Positions 23,330 through 38,334 of a stretch of DNA of 64,000 nt are shown here, piece by piece. Where the stretch lies: positions 3,774,798 to 3,838,797 of the forward strand of contig NC_068989.1 in NCBI RefSeq assembly GCF_001194135.2, read 5' to 3'. Numbering within the stretch: position 1 is the first letter of the stretch; each line of letters opens with the position of its first letter. A program made the translations under genes and the position numbers. The notes beneath the pieces were generated by a model. That model made no database searches. It saw only the letters and a list, made by a program, of their open reading frames with translations, and was not told where the DNA came from. This DNA comes from Octopus bimaculoides (Eukaryota).

Positions 23330-26059
23330 GTGGAACTTTGAGCGCGAATGTTTATGTGCTTGCATTTATAAACGTGTGAGTATATATGCTTGTTTTCCGT
23401 TTTATGTAATGTTTACCTATGTGTAAGATATGGTGTACACAAAAGTATGTCTAGACAACTATTCGGCCAGTTTATCTAAAATAGGAAACCACCGCCATTA
23501 TCTTTAGTAATTTTCATGTAGTTTGATATGTTTATAGCATTATATATCACAATTTGATATCAATCGTATATCGGGCACCACAAGCTATAGATTTTTATGT
23601 ACAGCAATCAGGTATAAATAATACATTCTACATTAATACTATTCCATTAGTCTTATTGCTACTGCGTGTTTTCGAGGCAATAATCGACCACTGTACAGGG
23701 TATTGTGTTGCCTTTCCTGTAATTTTGTTGTGGCTTTGTTGGTTAATTTTAAAGAGATAGTGTTATATGAGTTGTTGGCGTTGTTGCGGTCGTAGTCGAT
23801 TAGCCCTTGGTCAATTTTGATTACGTAAATGGTCAAAGAGAGAATGCCTCTTGAGCATTCTCGCTCTGATCATCCAATCTTTTGTTCTTTTTCTGTACAT
23901 AGTGTATTTTGGATTCCATTATTCAATGTGTTCTTTTATTTAAAATGGTAGTGTGTGATGAGAAACAGAACTGTCTACTATTTCTAGGAAGTTATTTGAC
24001 CATGTAGAGGTAATATAGTGATTAATCAGTGCTATTTTCAGTTACTTTTTATACGTCTAAAATATCTGGCCTTTTGTTTATCTATTTGCTTGCATCACTT
24101 TTTATCCTTCCCAGGGCATTTTGTTTTTATTTTTATTATGGCGCTGGGTCAGTTTTCAAGCCTGTCATTGTCGATATCTATTTCTAGAAATGTGTATTTG
24201 GATAGTATCTGCGTTTATTTCAGTGTAGTTCTTTTAAACATAATATCGGACGCTGGAATTGATACATCGATTAAAAGATATTTATATTTCCTACCAATCC
24301 TCTGCTATGATATCTGCAAAATGTTTCCGTTCATTGCCGCAGTAAAAATAACAACATGGATGTCGACGAAACAAAGTCGTGTCTCATCGTCGTACTCTTA
24401 CTCTTATTTCTGGCGTATTTCAATTTCTTTTTCTACGTAATCTGTAGACTGGGAGTGTATATAACATGCAAAACTTTTAATGTAAACAAACACAAACACA
24501 CGCAAAAATAAACACCACACACACACACACTTACACACACACAAACAAACAAACAAACAAACACGAAGAGTGGAATGAACGAATAAGCGTGAAAGGCCTG
24601 ATTGAAAGAAAGAGTACAGTCGTACAAGATTTAGATAAATATATACTTATATATAAGAGACCAAAATGTACGTACACCGTGATATATATATATATATAGA
24701 TAGACGATACAAAGAACACAAGGACGGGTCATTCGAAGTTTTCTTTCCTCAGTCGAGTTCCAGATTATCTTTGCAATTTCGGCTGGTTATACTCGAGATT
24801 GCTCCAATCTGGCCAGCCCCAAGGAAAAAACTAAGCTATATATATATATACATACATACATGCATATATATATNNNNNNNNNNNNNNNNNNNNNNNNNNN
24901 NNNNNNNNNNNNNNNNNNNNNNNNNNNNNNNNNNNNNNNNNNNNNNNNNNNNNNNNNNNNNNNNNNNNNNNNNNNNNNNNNNNNNNNNNNNNNNNNNNNN
25001 NNNNNNNNNNNNNNNNNNNNNNNNNNNNNNNNNNNNNNNNNNNNNNNNNNNNNNNNNNNNNNNNNNNNNNNNNNNNNNNNNNNNNNNNNNNNNNNNNNNN
25101 NNNNNNNNNNNNNNNNNNNNNNNNNNNNNNNNNNNNNNNNNNNNNNNNNNNNNNNNNNNNNNNNNNNNNNNNNNNNNNNNNNNNNNNNNNNNNNNNNNNN
25201 NNNNNNNNNNNNNNNNNNNNNNNNNNNNNNNNNNNNNNNNNNNNNNNNNNNNNNNNNNNNNNNNNNNNNNNNNNNNNNNNNNNNNNNNNNNNNNNNNNAT
25301 ATATATATATATATGTGTATATGTGTGTGTATATATATATAAATTATACATATACATATATATATATACACACATATATAAATACACCCACACGCACACA
25401 CACAAACACACACACAAACACACATATATATGTATACATACAAATATGTGTAGGTGCTGTATATACGTGTATGTGTATGTATACACAGTCTAGTTGAGAG
25501 TGTAGACTTTCTACCCAATAAGCTGTAGGCGTGGATATACATATTTAGTCCTCAATATATACACATATGCATACATACATATGCACACACAATCACACAC
25601 ACATATATATATATCTATATATATATAAACATACACATGCATGCACAAACACACAGACATATTGGCATATTTGTCTTCACAACTAATTAACTAGTATCAG
25701 AGGAATGTGTTTCCATGTTACCCATGCGTATGCAAGCCATTATAATTCTTTGTACAAATTGGCAATTGGGATGAAAAGATTTAAAATGTACAGAAAACAA
25801 TTAAATTAATCTTATATTGTAATTTAATTACAGCTATTTATAATTTACGTTTATTGCAACTTTGAAGAGAAAAATTCATGCATTTTTGCGTTCATATTAA
25901 AGAATGTATTTTTTTGTATTTATATTATAGTTATTTGATTTTACAGCATATCACTTCGCTGCATTCTGTAGAAATTGTCAACAACATTCACAGTAGTATT
26001 TCAAATTCGATCTTTTCCCTACAGTAACTAATGAGATAATACCTCTGTGTTTGTTATGA

Positions 26060-26480
26060 GTAGCGTTTGTCTCAGTCTAGTTTTAGTTCTTCCGTGTAGC
26101 TGGCCTATTCACCGAATAGCAAGACGTCTCCAATCATCCTACATTTAGAACGGTCATCTTACCGGGTGGTCAGTTGCTTCAGATCTTTCTACATAGTGCT
26201 CCGTATCTTTTCGGGTCTCCTTCACTTATTTCGTTCATCTGGTTGTAGCTACTGTAAAGTTCTCTTGTGTATTCGTTCTTTTGGCAGTCGGAAAATGTGA
26301 TCTGCAACTTTCACTCTTTCAACAACAACCGCAGGCAAACTGCGCAGATTGGTTCTTGTCTGGAATTCAAAATTTGTGATTCTATTCCTGTAAGTAATCT
26401 TCAGTATTCTATATAAACACCATTTTAGCAGAGAGCATTCATTTCGTGTTATGCGAAGAGGTATTCGTAAATGATACGAT
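26060..26480 (-). mobile_element. RTE LINE RT C-terminal and 3' fragment
   Basis: ORF 26249-26647 contains KWCLYRILKITYRNRITNFEF...VADHIFRLPKERIHKRTL, matching the RTE WCLRRIL.I.W.D.ITN.E...GH..R...R..K..L motif. Confidence 0.7.
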
Positions 26481-26589
26481 GGTACATTACGTAAATGGTC
26501 AAAAAGAGAACGCCTCTTGAGCATTCTCGCTCTGATCTTCCAATCCTTTGTTCTTTTTCTGTACGTAGTATATTTTAAAACAGTGACTA

Positions 26590-26785
26590 AAGGCGAAAAC
26601 AGAAATTGCTTGGCGGCATTCCTTCCGAATTTACGCCCTGAGTTCAAATTCTGTTGAGATCGGCGTTGTTTTTCATCTTCTCAGGATCGATAAAATAAGT
26701 ACCGTCTGAAGACTGGGGTTGATGTAATTAAGTTCTCTCCTCCTCCTCCGAAATTTCTAGCCTTTTACCAACATTTGAAACCAAA
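26590..26785 (+). mobile_element. SINE family B, degenerate
   Basis: CTGAGTTCAAATTCTG...TTTCATCTTCTCAGGATCGATAAAATAAGTACC...CTGGGGTTGATGTAAT. Confidence 0.75.
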
Positions 26786-27359
26786 ATTACGGAGATTTGT
26801 TCTGATGTGGCATCGGCCATGACTGGTATGCGTGCTTTTCAATTTTTCTAAAGGAAGAAGTTACTAATGTATGCAACGTGTATTGTGCTTTACGCAAAGA
26901 AAAAAAAATGCAGAATGGAATTTCACAATGCTTTGAAAGCATAAAAATCTCTCTTGACAAGATAACAGCAAATTCGGTCTGTTGTTGACATTTTGCAAAA
27001 TATGATTGGATATCAATGAAGAACGACTCAAACAAATGGTTTTATAATTGAAGTAAGGTTGTTATCTCGAGGAGATAGCTTGTAAAGGTTAGCATCTGTT
27101 TTTTTTTAATCTAATTCATCCGTGGAATACCTTACTGCTGTGAATTCATAAATAGAATTGTCTCATACAAATCTTCTTTAAATTGCAGGAATTTTCTTCG
27201 TTTCTGCAAATTATCAGGATTTGAACAGAAAGCAGATGAAAACATTTCAAATAATGACCTCCTCTTCTATATATATACGGCCGTTGTCCTATTCTGTTAG
27301 GCTTTAGTCACCAAATTTTATAAGTGCATTCATGCTTTGCATTATACGGTGGGTTTCAC

Positions 27360-27500
27360 ATTTTGGCACAAGGTCAGTACTTATTTTACCGATCCTTACA
27401 GGATGAAAAGCAAAGTCGACCACGGCGGAATTTGAACTCAGAACGTAAAGCCTAACGAAGTGCCGCGAAGCGTTTTGCACGGTGTGCTAACAATTCAGCT
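27360..27500 (-). mobile_element. SINE family B with internal deletion
   Basis: GGATGAAAAGCAAAGTCGACCACGGCGGAATTTGAACTCAGAACGTAAAG. Confidence 0.8.
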
Positions 27501-27624
27501 TATCTATTATATTATGTTGCAGTACGTTTCTTGCCCCCCTCCACCCCGACTCCTCTTTATTATCGGATCATTTGTAGTGTATGTTGTGGGGCCCTTAATG
27601 TAATGAAGGGAAATTATCATATCC

Positions 27625-28002
<378 letters not shown>

Positions 28003-28777
28003 AACGATAGATTTTCTTAGCCGTCGTAGAAATCGTTTTGAAGCATCGCCACAAATATTCGTGTCAAATCCGAACACGAGCAGGTAGTTCGAAATCTATT
28101 TGTTAAGGGAGATATTAACGCTGGATACCAATGTCAGTCAACTGCATAAGCCTTTCCCTTGCACAATAAATTTATGGTGTAAAATCCGGAAACTTTCTGA
28201 TAACACCTCGCAAACATAAAAGGAAGTTGATAATATGGAAAATTATAAACCTAAAGGACTCAATTTGATTTCTACTGCAGAACCGATTAATGTTTAATTT
28301 CTCATAAATTTGCAATTTGTTCAGCATATTTGGCTAATGATATGAATATTCATAACTGTACAACAATAACGCTTATTTTGTTCATCTTCAATCATTTAAA
28401 AATTTGTAGAGAATTCAAATATTGCAATTTTTTCTTAATTGAAATGATTGTATAATATAGCGGAAGTCGTCGACAAAAACTACACCGGAAATTGGAGGAT
28501 ATCAAGAAGAAAATTTGAAAAAAATATTTTATCGTTCTGTAGAAATAAAGAAAAGTGGTGGAAACTATCAACAAATGACGGAAATCAATGAAAAATTATT
28601 GAAAAGCCACGGAATGAAGCAAATATTGTAGAAATGACAGAAATGTAAGGAAATATTTTTTGTAAAGATTTATGACAAAATTTTGGCAATTAATTTTAAA
28701 ATGCCTTCATGTAAATATTTTATTATTTGTGAATGTCATTACTGAAGAACTTTATGCCCATAGTTGTAATTGTTGTA

Positions 28778-28828
<51 letters not shown>

Positions 28829-29151
28829 TTGTCTTCTTTTCACTACACTACCGAGCGCAGCTCTGTGCGCCTTGGGTATGTGCTGTGGTTTGTTGTGATG
28901 CTCTTATTGTTACTGTATTGAAAGTGGTTTATGTAGGATGTGTGCGGTGCCTAGTAGTGCTATTTTCTGTATGTTGTATATACTTGTTAGTCCTGGTGTT
29001 TTTGCTATGTATTTGTCTGAATATTTTTCATCATACTTAATGTGCCTACTATAATAGGAATTGTTTCTGTTTTTAGGCTCCACATTCGAATTACCTCTAC
29101 TTCCAGATCTTTGTATTTTGAAAGTTTCTCCGTTTCTTTAAGAGAAACATT

Positions 29152-29275
<124 letters not shown>

Positions 29276-29460
29276 GAAGCTTATACTTTCTATACAGAAA
29301 AGCGGAAGAATTATGAATTTTAACATTTTCCCAAGGAGATCACTAATTTTCGTATTGGATTCCACTAGATTTAGTATTACGGAAATCATACTGACGACCG
29401 TTAAGGAGAGAGATTGAAGGCATTACAGAACTTCTTTGTTAACGAATGTCTACATCACCA

Positions 29461-29676
29461 GCGGCGAGCTGGCAGAAACGTTAGCACGTTGGGCGAAATG
29501 CTTAGCGGTATTTTGTCTGCTTCTACGTTCTGAGTTCAAACTCCGCCGAGGTCGACTTAGCCTTTCATCCTTTCGGGGTCGATAAATAAAGCACCAGTTA
29601 CGCACTGGGGTCGATGTAATCGACTTAATTTGTTTGTCCCCTCTATGTTTAGCCCCCTGTGGGCAATAAAGAATAT
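29461..29676 (+). mobile_element. SINE family B, full length, tail type 1, 15-bp TSD
   Basis: GAATGTCTACATCAC at 29444-29458 and 29683-29697 flanks a near-consensus copy. Confidence 0.93.
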
Positions 29677-29984
29677 GAATATGAATGTCTACATCACTTT
29701 AAAGATATTAGAGTGAGTGCGACTGGACTATAGTGGACAAGGCTAGAGCGGTTACTTTTATGTGAATGGGACTACATCATATTGCATCATACTTCCCTAA
29801 AATAATAGGGAAATCTAGAAAAAATTAAATCCTCACGGTTAGACAAGATTACAAAACAAAACTATAGTAACTTGAGACACACGAAACCCTTGCACTCACT
29901 ACCTTCAACTACTTATACCAATGCTAAAATTCCTAGAAACTGGAACTGGCCAAAACAACAATTCTAAAATCTGACAGACACGCA

Positions 29985-30277
<293 letters not shown>

Positions 30278-30998
30278 CAACTAAATTAATAGGTAAAGAG
30301 AAAAGATAAAATCCAATAGTGACGCCTCGTCGTTCGGCCGACAGCTTATGTTCGGTAGGATTGCTTCACCAAAGCTGACCTTAGCAGAGATACAGAGAGC
30401 AACAAGCACTTCAAAGTTTGAATAATGATTAGGAAAAGAAATATCCTTATTCTATCAGAATTTGAACTCTCACTTCGTTTCAGCAATCCTCAAAGATGGA
30501 AGTTAAATCTGAAGAGGTAAAAATGTTAGTGCAATTATGTCTTCATCCTTCTACATCTTCCATTTTTTTTTCTATCTTCCTTTTCAATTTGGACATTACA
30601 TTGAACAGACTTGTGAACATATCAATTAAATTGCAAACAAAATATAACAAAAACAAAATAACAAAATATAATAAAATATTATAATGAAGCATCGTTTCTA
30701 TTTTTCGCCATTTTGCAAGTGAAAATAGTAAAAAAAGGAAAGCAAATTAAATTCTGTGATGTCGACTAAACGTTATTCATTAATTGTCAACAGAGGCAAA
30801 AATGAACTGTCTGTTGATTGCTTCATTACTAATTATAGAGAACGCAAATGAATTCACCCGCAGAATATGTATGTATGCATGCACGTATATATGTGTGTTT
30901 ATGCATGTGTTTATGCATGTGTGTATGTGTGTGTATGTAGTAGGTATACACGCATTTGTATATGTATGTACACACATATATATATATGTATGTGTATG

Positions 30999-31035
<37 letters not shown>

Positions 31036-31259
31036 NNNNNNNNNNNNNNNNNNNNNNNNNNNNNNNNNNNNNNNNNNNNNNNNNNNNNNNNNNNNNNNNN
31101 NNNNNNNNNNNNNNNNNNNNNNNNNNNNNNNNNNNNNNNNNNNNNNNNNNNNNNNNNNNNNNNNNNNNNNNNNNNNNNNNNNNNNNNNNNNNNNNNNNNN
31201 NNNNNNNNNNNNNNNNNNNNNNNNNNNNNNNNNNNNNNNNNNNNNNNNNNNNNNNNNNN

Positions 31260-31290
<31 letters not shown>

Positions 31291-31299
31291 GTGTGTGTG

Positions 31300-31345
<46 letters not shown>

Positions 31346-32064
31346 TATATGTATATATACGTGCGTGTGTGTGTGTAAATGTGTGCATGTATGTGTGTAT
31401 TTATGTACTTGCACGTTACTCACATATACATATATCTATAGATTTATAGGTACTACATATGTATATGTGTATGCGTGTATCTATGTATCAATGTATATGT
31501 ATATACTCTCTTGCACAAAGGCATACACACACGCGCGCCCATGCGCACACATGTATTTATGTATGTATGTATTTATGGATGGATGAATGGATGGATGGAC
31601 GGATGTATGTAACGAACAGAAAAAAAAGAAGCGAAATCATCACTCGTGAAATATCTTTCACACATAAATGTTTCCTTTTTAACTTTTTGGTTTTTGTTCT
31701 TCTTATTCCCCTGCGGAATAATTATCATAGCATCAAGTAATTTGAGGATGTTACCGTATTTATTAGCCGCTGCTGTCATTGATGACTAACTTTGACCAAC
31801 ACTATTAGAGAGAAGACCAGTGCCAAGGTGGAAGTTAATCAAATAACGCCTCTGGCTATCGACAAAAGTCAAGTCCTTTTATCTCTATTTTTGAGGAAAT
31901 TACTACATGCTGCCATTATCACGAAACGAAACTTAGTGCGAACCTTCACCCGTTATTATGTTTCCCCAAGTCATGTCTGATGGAGCACGCAAGGTGTCAA
32001 CCGAACGACGGAATATGGTACACTGTTATTTCATGTCTTCGCAAAACCGAGAGCTAGATTTTCT

Positions 32065-32282
32065 TTTCTTTTCTATTATAAGTACACTGCCTGAAATTTG
32101 GTGGATGGTGTTAGTCGATTACATTAATCATAGTACTCGACTGGTATTTATTTTATCGATCCCGAAAGGATGAAAGGCAAAGTCGACCTCGACAGTATTT
32201 CAACTAAGAACGTAAAAAGCCAGAAAAACACTGATTCGCATTTTGTCAGGCGTGCTAATGATTCTGCAAACTCGCTGCCATT
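32065..32282 (-). mobile_element. SINE family B
   Basis: TATCGATCCCGAAAGGATGAAAGGCAAAGTCGACCTCG...GGCGTGCTAATGATTCTGC. Confidence 0.85.
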
Positions 32283-33158
32283 AGATGAAGATTATATTGC
32301 TCATATTAGACCATCTTGAAATAGCAGCTGAATATCTTAGATAACCGTCTGGCCAAGAAGGAAGGGCACTTGGGTTATGTGTCCCTGAAAGTCGAATATC
32401 TGAAATGTTGGAGAGATTAAACTCTATAATAGGTTAAAGCTAATCTGGGAATAAGCAACAGTGACTATTTCTACCGTTTCTCTGCGACTGTAGTGACTCC
32501 GTGTCAATGAGATGTCCATATATACATTCCTTTCAAAATGGAAGTACACTTTGGATAAAGTTATTCGGATATTTAGGGATAAATGAAGATGGTGAAAGCT
32601 ACAATGCCTTTGACTATAGATATGTGAGATTTTATCTGGTCTGGGACAACTAAACCACAACAACGACGACGGGAACAACGGAAACCGCCTGTACACATAT
32701 ATGTGAATATATATATATATATATATATATATANNNNNNNNNNNNNNNNNNNNNNNNNNNNNNNNNNNNNNNNNNNNNNNNNNNNNNNNNNNNNNNNNNN
32801 NNNNNNNNNNNNNNNNNNNNNNNNNNNNNNNNNNNNNNNNNNNNNNNNNNNNNNNNNNNNNNNNNNNNNNNNNNNNNNNNNNNATATATAAGAGTACAAA
32901 AAATACGAGAAGACAACAGGCGACAATAAAACATCCAGATAGTTGCAATGCAACTTTCCGTTTTGTAGAAAGAAAAGCAGCCAGACGGAGGAACTATCTT
33001 CATTTATATGGAAGATCAAAAATAAAATCACAAATGACAAAAGGAGAAACGAACACGCAATCAAGCGAGAAAAGTATCTAAATATGAAGAGAAAGAGAGA
33101 GAGGGAGATAGAGAAAGGAATAGAAAGAGTGGGGAAGACACATTGAAAGAGAGTTAAG

Positions 33159-33210
<52 letters not shown>

Positions 33211-34139
33211 AAGCTAAATTGCTAATACACCAATACACATCTTTATAAATTCAAAGCCGCGCAGATAAAGAGTCAGTGTGTTATGCAACTCCGACCTTTT
33301 TTTTTCGTGTACGTAATGGTAGCCGACAACACTAGAGTTATCTTGAACTTAACTGTAGCCAATCTTCCTTTACTGTTTCGCCTCTCTCTGTTGCAAGGTC
33401 AGCAGCTTCATTAAATCTTGACTTTTGTAATTCAAAAGAATGGCCTGTAGTATATTTGAGCTTCTCAAAGAATGTTCAATTAAATTACTCTTTGAAACGT
33501 AAAACGCTCTCAGCTAACAACGACTCAGTTCGTGAAATTAACTGTCTATTACTTATTATTTGTGAAAAACGAACTCTAAATACAAGAGTAATGTTTGTTC
33601 ATAATCTGAAACATTCAATCATATTATCCACCCCCGAGAACTCGACTTTCTATAGTTGCCGACATTTGTTATTTTCGATTTGACCTAGCAGACGACAGTA
33701 GAAATTGTTTCAGACAAAGACGTCAATTATCTTGGCTAATGGCACGTAAACTTTATTGTACTTGGAATTGTTCTGTGAATGGTAGAATTAAAACACCACC
33801 TTTGAAAGGTTTCATTAAGCGAATTCGGTATTATGGTAATGAAGCACTGAGAATAACAGGAACACTAGCAGAAGAGATATAAACACGGCATCGCTCCCTT
33901 TTTACGATTTGATCTTGTAATTGCACTTTACGAATGCACTTTTCGTGCAAAATGCAATGTAGTTATCGATATCCAATGAGAAAATGGATTCTAACATACT
34001 TAAGCAGAAAGCCCCCAAAATTATAAGTGACCCGAAATTACACTGGTTATTTTGAGAAGAAATTACTAATTAATTCCAGTCAAATAACGACAGAAGAGAA
34101 AAACCCCAAATTTGAATTATTAAAAATGTATTCAGTATG

Positions 34140-34144
34140 AAATG

Positions 34145-34197
<53 letters not shown>

Positions 34198-34207
34198 CAT
34201 CTATCTA

Positions 34208-34259
<52 letters not shown>

Positions 34260-34382
34260 CGTGTATGTATGTACGACTTTCAGCCTACCTGCCTGTCTTT
34301 CTGTCTGTGCTTGTATTAATCACTCAATCAATCTATCTATCTATCTACCTGCCTCTCTCTCTCTGTATCTATCTATATAATC

Positions 34383-34438
<56 letters not shown>

Positions 34439-34449
34439 GAGAGATATAT

Positions 34450-34484
<35 letters not shown>

Positions 34485-34616
34485 TATAGATAGATAGATA
34501 GATGGGTATATAAAATAATACGAAGAGAGAAATATAGATAGATTTGGGTAAGTAGTAAGTAGCTAGCTTGCTAGCTAACTAGAAATACATAGACAGACAG
34601 ATAGACAGACAGACAA

Positions 34617-34663
<47 letters not shown>

Positions 34664-34665
34664 GT
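34140..34665 (+). repeat. (TATC)n/(TGTC)n then (GATA)n compound microsatellite with an orientation switch near 34380
   Basis: Read directly. Confidence 0.9.
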
Positions 34666-35231
34666 CACAAGCATATGAGAAAACCCGGGCCATTAGGCAG
34701 TGATAGTGAAAGCGAAACTAAGTTGAGCTATGTTAAGCCAGGTCACCCGTCAGCCTAAAATTAATAAGACGAACAGCATAAAAAATAACAACGCCTACAC
34801 ACTACCATTCATCACTACTTCCACCCAGTAACCCCACCCGTATGTCAGCCACCCAGCCATTAAATTTCTGTCTGTGTAGCAAGAATTATAACAGGCAGCC
34901 GCCTAATGAAATAGTCATTATATTGAGGAGATATTAGGAAAAGAACATAGAAGAAATCAATAATCGCTTCGTGCCAGGAGGCACAGGTATAGGTTATGGT
35001 TGGTAAACTGCAAACTGCAAAACCCAGTTGTCAGCGAATCATCCAAGACCGAACCACAAGTGCTGCTGTCTGATGTTGCATATACAGACACAGAAATATA
35101 ATTACGCACATTTAAGCAGAAACACATTTAGAAAGTAAATCGTATACACATTATGCATGTGCTCACATAGAATTAGATAGAAAGAGAGTAGAAAGATGTA
35201 AGATTGGAAAAGAGTGAGAGACAGGCAGAGT

Positions 35232-35272
<41 letters not shown>

Positions 35273-35719
35273 AGAGAGAGAGAGAAAGTGAGAGAGAGCG
35301 TGTGTGTGTGAGAGAGAAGGGAGGGGTGGAATGGAGGTGGAAAGGAGAATGAAAGTAAGAACTTTGGTTAAATGTTGCGAAATGTGGTTCAAAGAATGCT
35401 GAGATACTACTTACTTATAGCGTCTATGCATTCTCATACAAAGAGCCTCATAAATAAAGTACATATACATATACACAGAGGAACGTAAATATACATACAT
35501 AGACACACACACAAGCATATACACAAACATATATGCATGCATTTACAGATATACACATGCACACAAACTCGCAAACACATATTTCTTTATTCCTTTATGC
35601 GTTCCAAGCAAATTCCTGTGGCCATGCTGGAGTACTGCCATATATATTCTCACTCTTTGTTTTATACACATATACTCTCTCTCTCACACACCTACACAAG
35701 CACACACGCAAACATAGAG

Positions 35720-35857
35720 GCGTAGGAGTGGCTCTATGATATGAATCTTGCTTCTCATGTATGCAGGTCTTGGGTCGGTACCACTGCGTGGTACCTCGGC
35801 CAAGTATCTTCTGTTATAGCGTCGGCCAATAAAAGTCTCGTCAGTTGATATTTGGTA
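35720..35857 (+). mobile_element. SINE family A 5' half, degenerate
   Basis: GCGTAGGAGTGGCT...CCACTGCGTGGTACCTCGGCCAAGTATCTTCTG. Confidence 0.7.
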
Positions 35858-35878
35858 ATGTATTTATATATATACATA

Positions 35879-35909
<31 letters not shown>

Positions 35910-36044
35910 TTGTATGATGTGTCATATGTATATNNNNNNNNNNNNNNNNNNNNNNNNNNNNNNNNNNNNNNNNNNNNNNNNNNNNNNNNNNNNNNNNNNN
36001 NNNNNNNNNNNNNNNNNNNNNNNNNNNNNNNNNNNNNNNNNNNN

Positions 36045-36078
<34 letters not shown>

Positions 36079-37085
36079 GATAGATAGATATACACATACA
36101 ACAGTCATAGACATGTATATATGTATATATATCATGCATTCACACTCACACACATAATCACATTCGCACACACACACACGTACACACATTTGCACACACA
36201 CACTGAGATGTATACAGAGTGCTGTTAATTTAAAAACATGAGTATACTCATGGTTAAACGTTAATTATTTCCGTGTATTCAATTACATGCAATCTATTTC
36301 TCTCTTTAAAATGGTGTAAGTTTAAATACAAACATTTAAATTTAGCCTAATGCAATTATTGACAGTATCAATAATGCCACGAAAATGAACAGAATCAATT
36401 CTAAGAATATTTATATCTAATTTACTCCGCAAGCGAAGGTATGGCCATGTAGTTAAAAGCTTGAATCACGTCGCTGAAATTAATGTTGTTGCACTTCGTG
36501 TCTGCTGAGCGTTTGTCTCTGACTGTCATGTGAATCTTTAACTATCCTACTCGCTTATAAGCTTCATTAGTTCAGTGTCTTCATTAGATGATTCTGTCAT
36601 CAATGACGGCTTCATTACACTGCATCTTGTTGTCGTTATTCTTACTTCACTTAACAACTCTGCTGGGTGTCCTATACTCCGAGGTAGGTTTAGTTTCCGC
36701 GCACTCTTTTAGTTCTACATTGACGACAACTGGCTTTCAATTATAACATCGCTGATGACAGCACAGAAAATTCTATTTTAAATTACTAATTCGCCCAGCC
36801 ATTTCCTAGATATGCTTTCAATCCCTTCAACATGCAACATGCAAACTGCCGTTTGCAAGACTCCTGTCCAGCCAACAACAAACCTATTTTAAATCTTACA
36901 GCAAAAGAAGCAACGATGTCTTCTTTAAATCCTAAACAATGCACCCCATCTCACATTGTCAAAGCATCTATAACAGCTCTTGCCTATGAATCCCTTTGTG
37001 CTTCCCATACCTAGCAACTTTCCCTGTTTGGTATGTTGTTCTACAACTTAGAACCTGACAAAACATAATCGCACATTTTTTATTT

Positions 37086-37298
37086 ATTTCTTTATTGCCC
37101 CTAAATATCTAAACATAGCGGGGACAAACAAGGGGATTAAGTCGATTACAGTGCGTAACTGGTACTTAATTTATTGACTCCGAAAGGATGAAAGGCAAAG
37201 TCGACCTCGGTGGAATTTGAACTCAGGACGTAGCAGCAGGTGAAATACCGTTAAGCATTTCGTCCGGCGTGCTAACAATTCTGCCGGCTCACCGCCTT
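37086..37298 (-). mobile_element. SINE family B, full length, tail type 1
   Basis: Near-consensus core; imperfect flanking repeat TAATCGCACATTT / TAATCTCATATTT. Confidence 0.9.
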
Positions 37299-37769
37299 TA
37301 ATCTCATATTTATTGAGAAAGTAAAAATAGTTTTACAAATGTGAAAAAAAAAAAGGTAAAAAAAAAGGCGTAATGGTGCAAATGTTATCAAGACACAAAC
37401 TATGTTTTTCAGAAATCAACAACACCGCAGTCATCAAAATGGCAAAATAATTATAGACGGAAAATTACGAAATAATTACAGACGCATCTAAAATATATAT
37501 TGGAGAAGCTAACATAAAAAAGATACAAGCCGAATTACACATCAGAAATAGCCAACTTCATAAAAACGGGAGACAACATCAGACATAGTATACTAAAACC
37601 ACGTAGAGCCGAAATAAAATTCGGCATCAAACAGCTTAATAAAGAAATAGATATAAAAAATAAAGTAAATAAACCATGGAAAACCAGACAACTGGTCATC
37701 GTTTGTATCTAGGATAAAACATCCAATTAACTGAAGAATACTGTGTAGAGAAATTTGCAGTAGCTTCAA

Positions 37770-38220
37770 CAAGAGTGGTCACACCACATACCCATGTCAC
37801 GGTGAAAACCATCAGGTGGTAAGAAACCCCTATTTTGCCCTGCATATAAATCTCCTGGAAACTGTTCAAAAACGTGCAACCAAACGAATACCAGCGGTCA
37901 GACATCTGCCATACTCTGATCGTCTTGCTTCCCTGGGCATGGATACATTGATGGTCAGACGTCTGCCAACTGACTTGGTAGACACCCACAAGATTATCCA
38001 CCATCTTTCCAACAACAACCTTGGACACGTTTTTGAATTCCATATGACAAACACTCGCGGACATGCTTATAAAATCAAAGACCAACACAGCACCCATGAC
38101 TTTCGGAAACATTTTTTCACGCTCAGAATTGGTGAAGCATGGAATAAGCTACCAGCATCAGTTTTTAGCTGTTGAGATATTAAATCCTTCAAAACTTCCA
38201 TGCATCCTAAAATCCACCAA
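37770..38220 (+). mobile_element. CR1/L2-type LINE RT C-terminal fragment
   Basis: ORF 37816-38175: NPY...INLLETVQKRATKRIP..RHLPYSDRLASLG..TL..RR...DL....KI...GH.YKI.....RKHFFTLRI.EAWNKLP, the typical CR1/L2 C-terminus. Confidence 0.88.
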
Positions 38221-38334
38221 CAGTACACCTGATGGGTGTAATCCATACATGGTCTGTTTGTTTTTTGTTCGAAATCACAGCGCAGTTTCAGACTCAGCCA
38301 CTACACTATTCAGGATCCTAAATGCGCTTTGTAT

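Noticed and set aside
24350-24385. GAAAC-AAA-GTC-GTGT, a hammerhead 3' half
   Set aside because: No CUGANGA core or stem II upstream.
28060-28200. Possible mariner N-terminus (VVRNLFVKG); also an EPRS-like piece at about 42300-42350
   Set aside because: Too short and degenerate to call by eye.
32465-32653. 63-codon protein-like frame (...GSTLWIKLFGYLGINEDGESYNAFDYRYVRFYLVWDN*)
   Set aside because: The length is within chance, I see no in-frame splice acceptor, and there is no recognisable motif. BLASTX would be needed.
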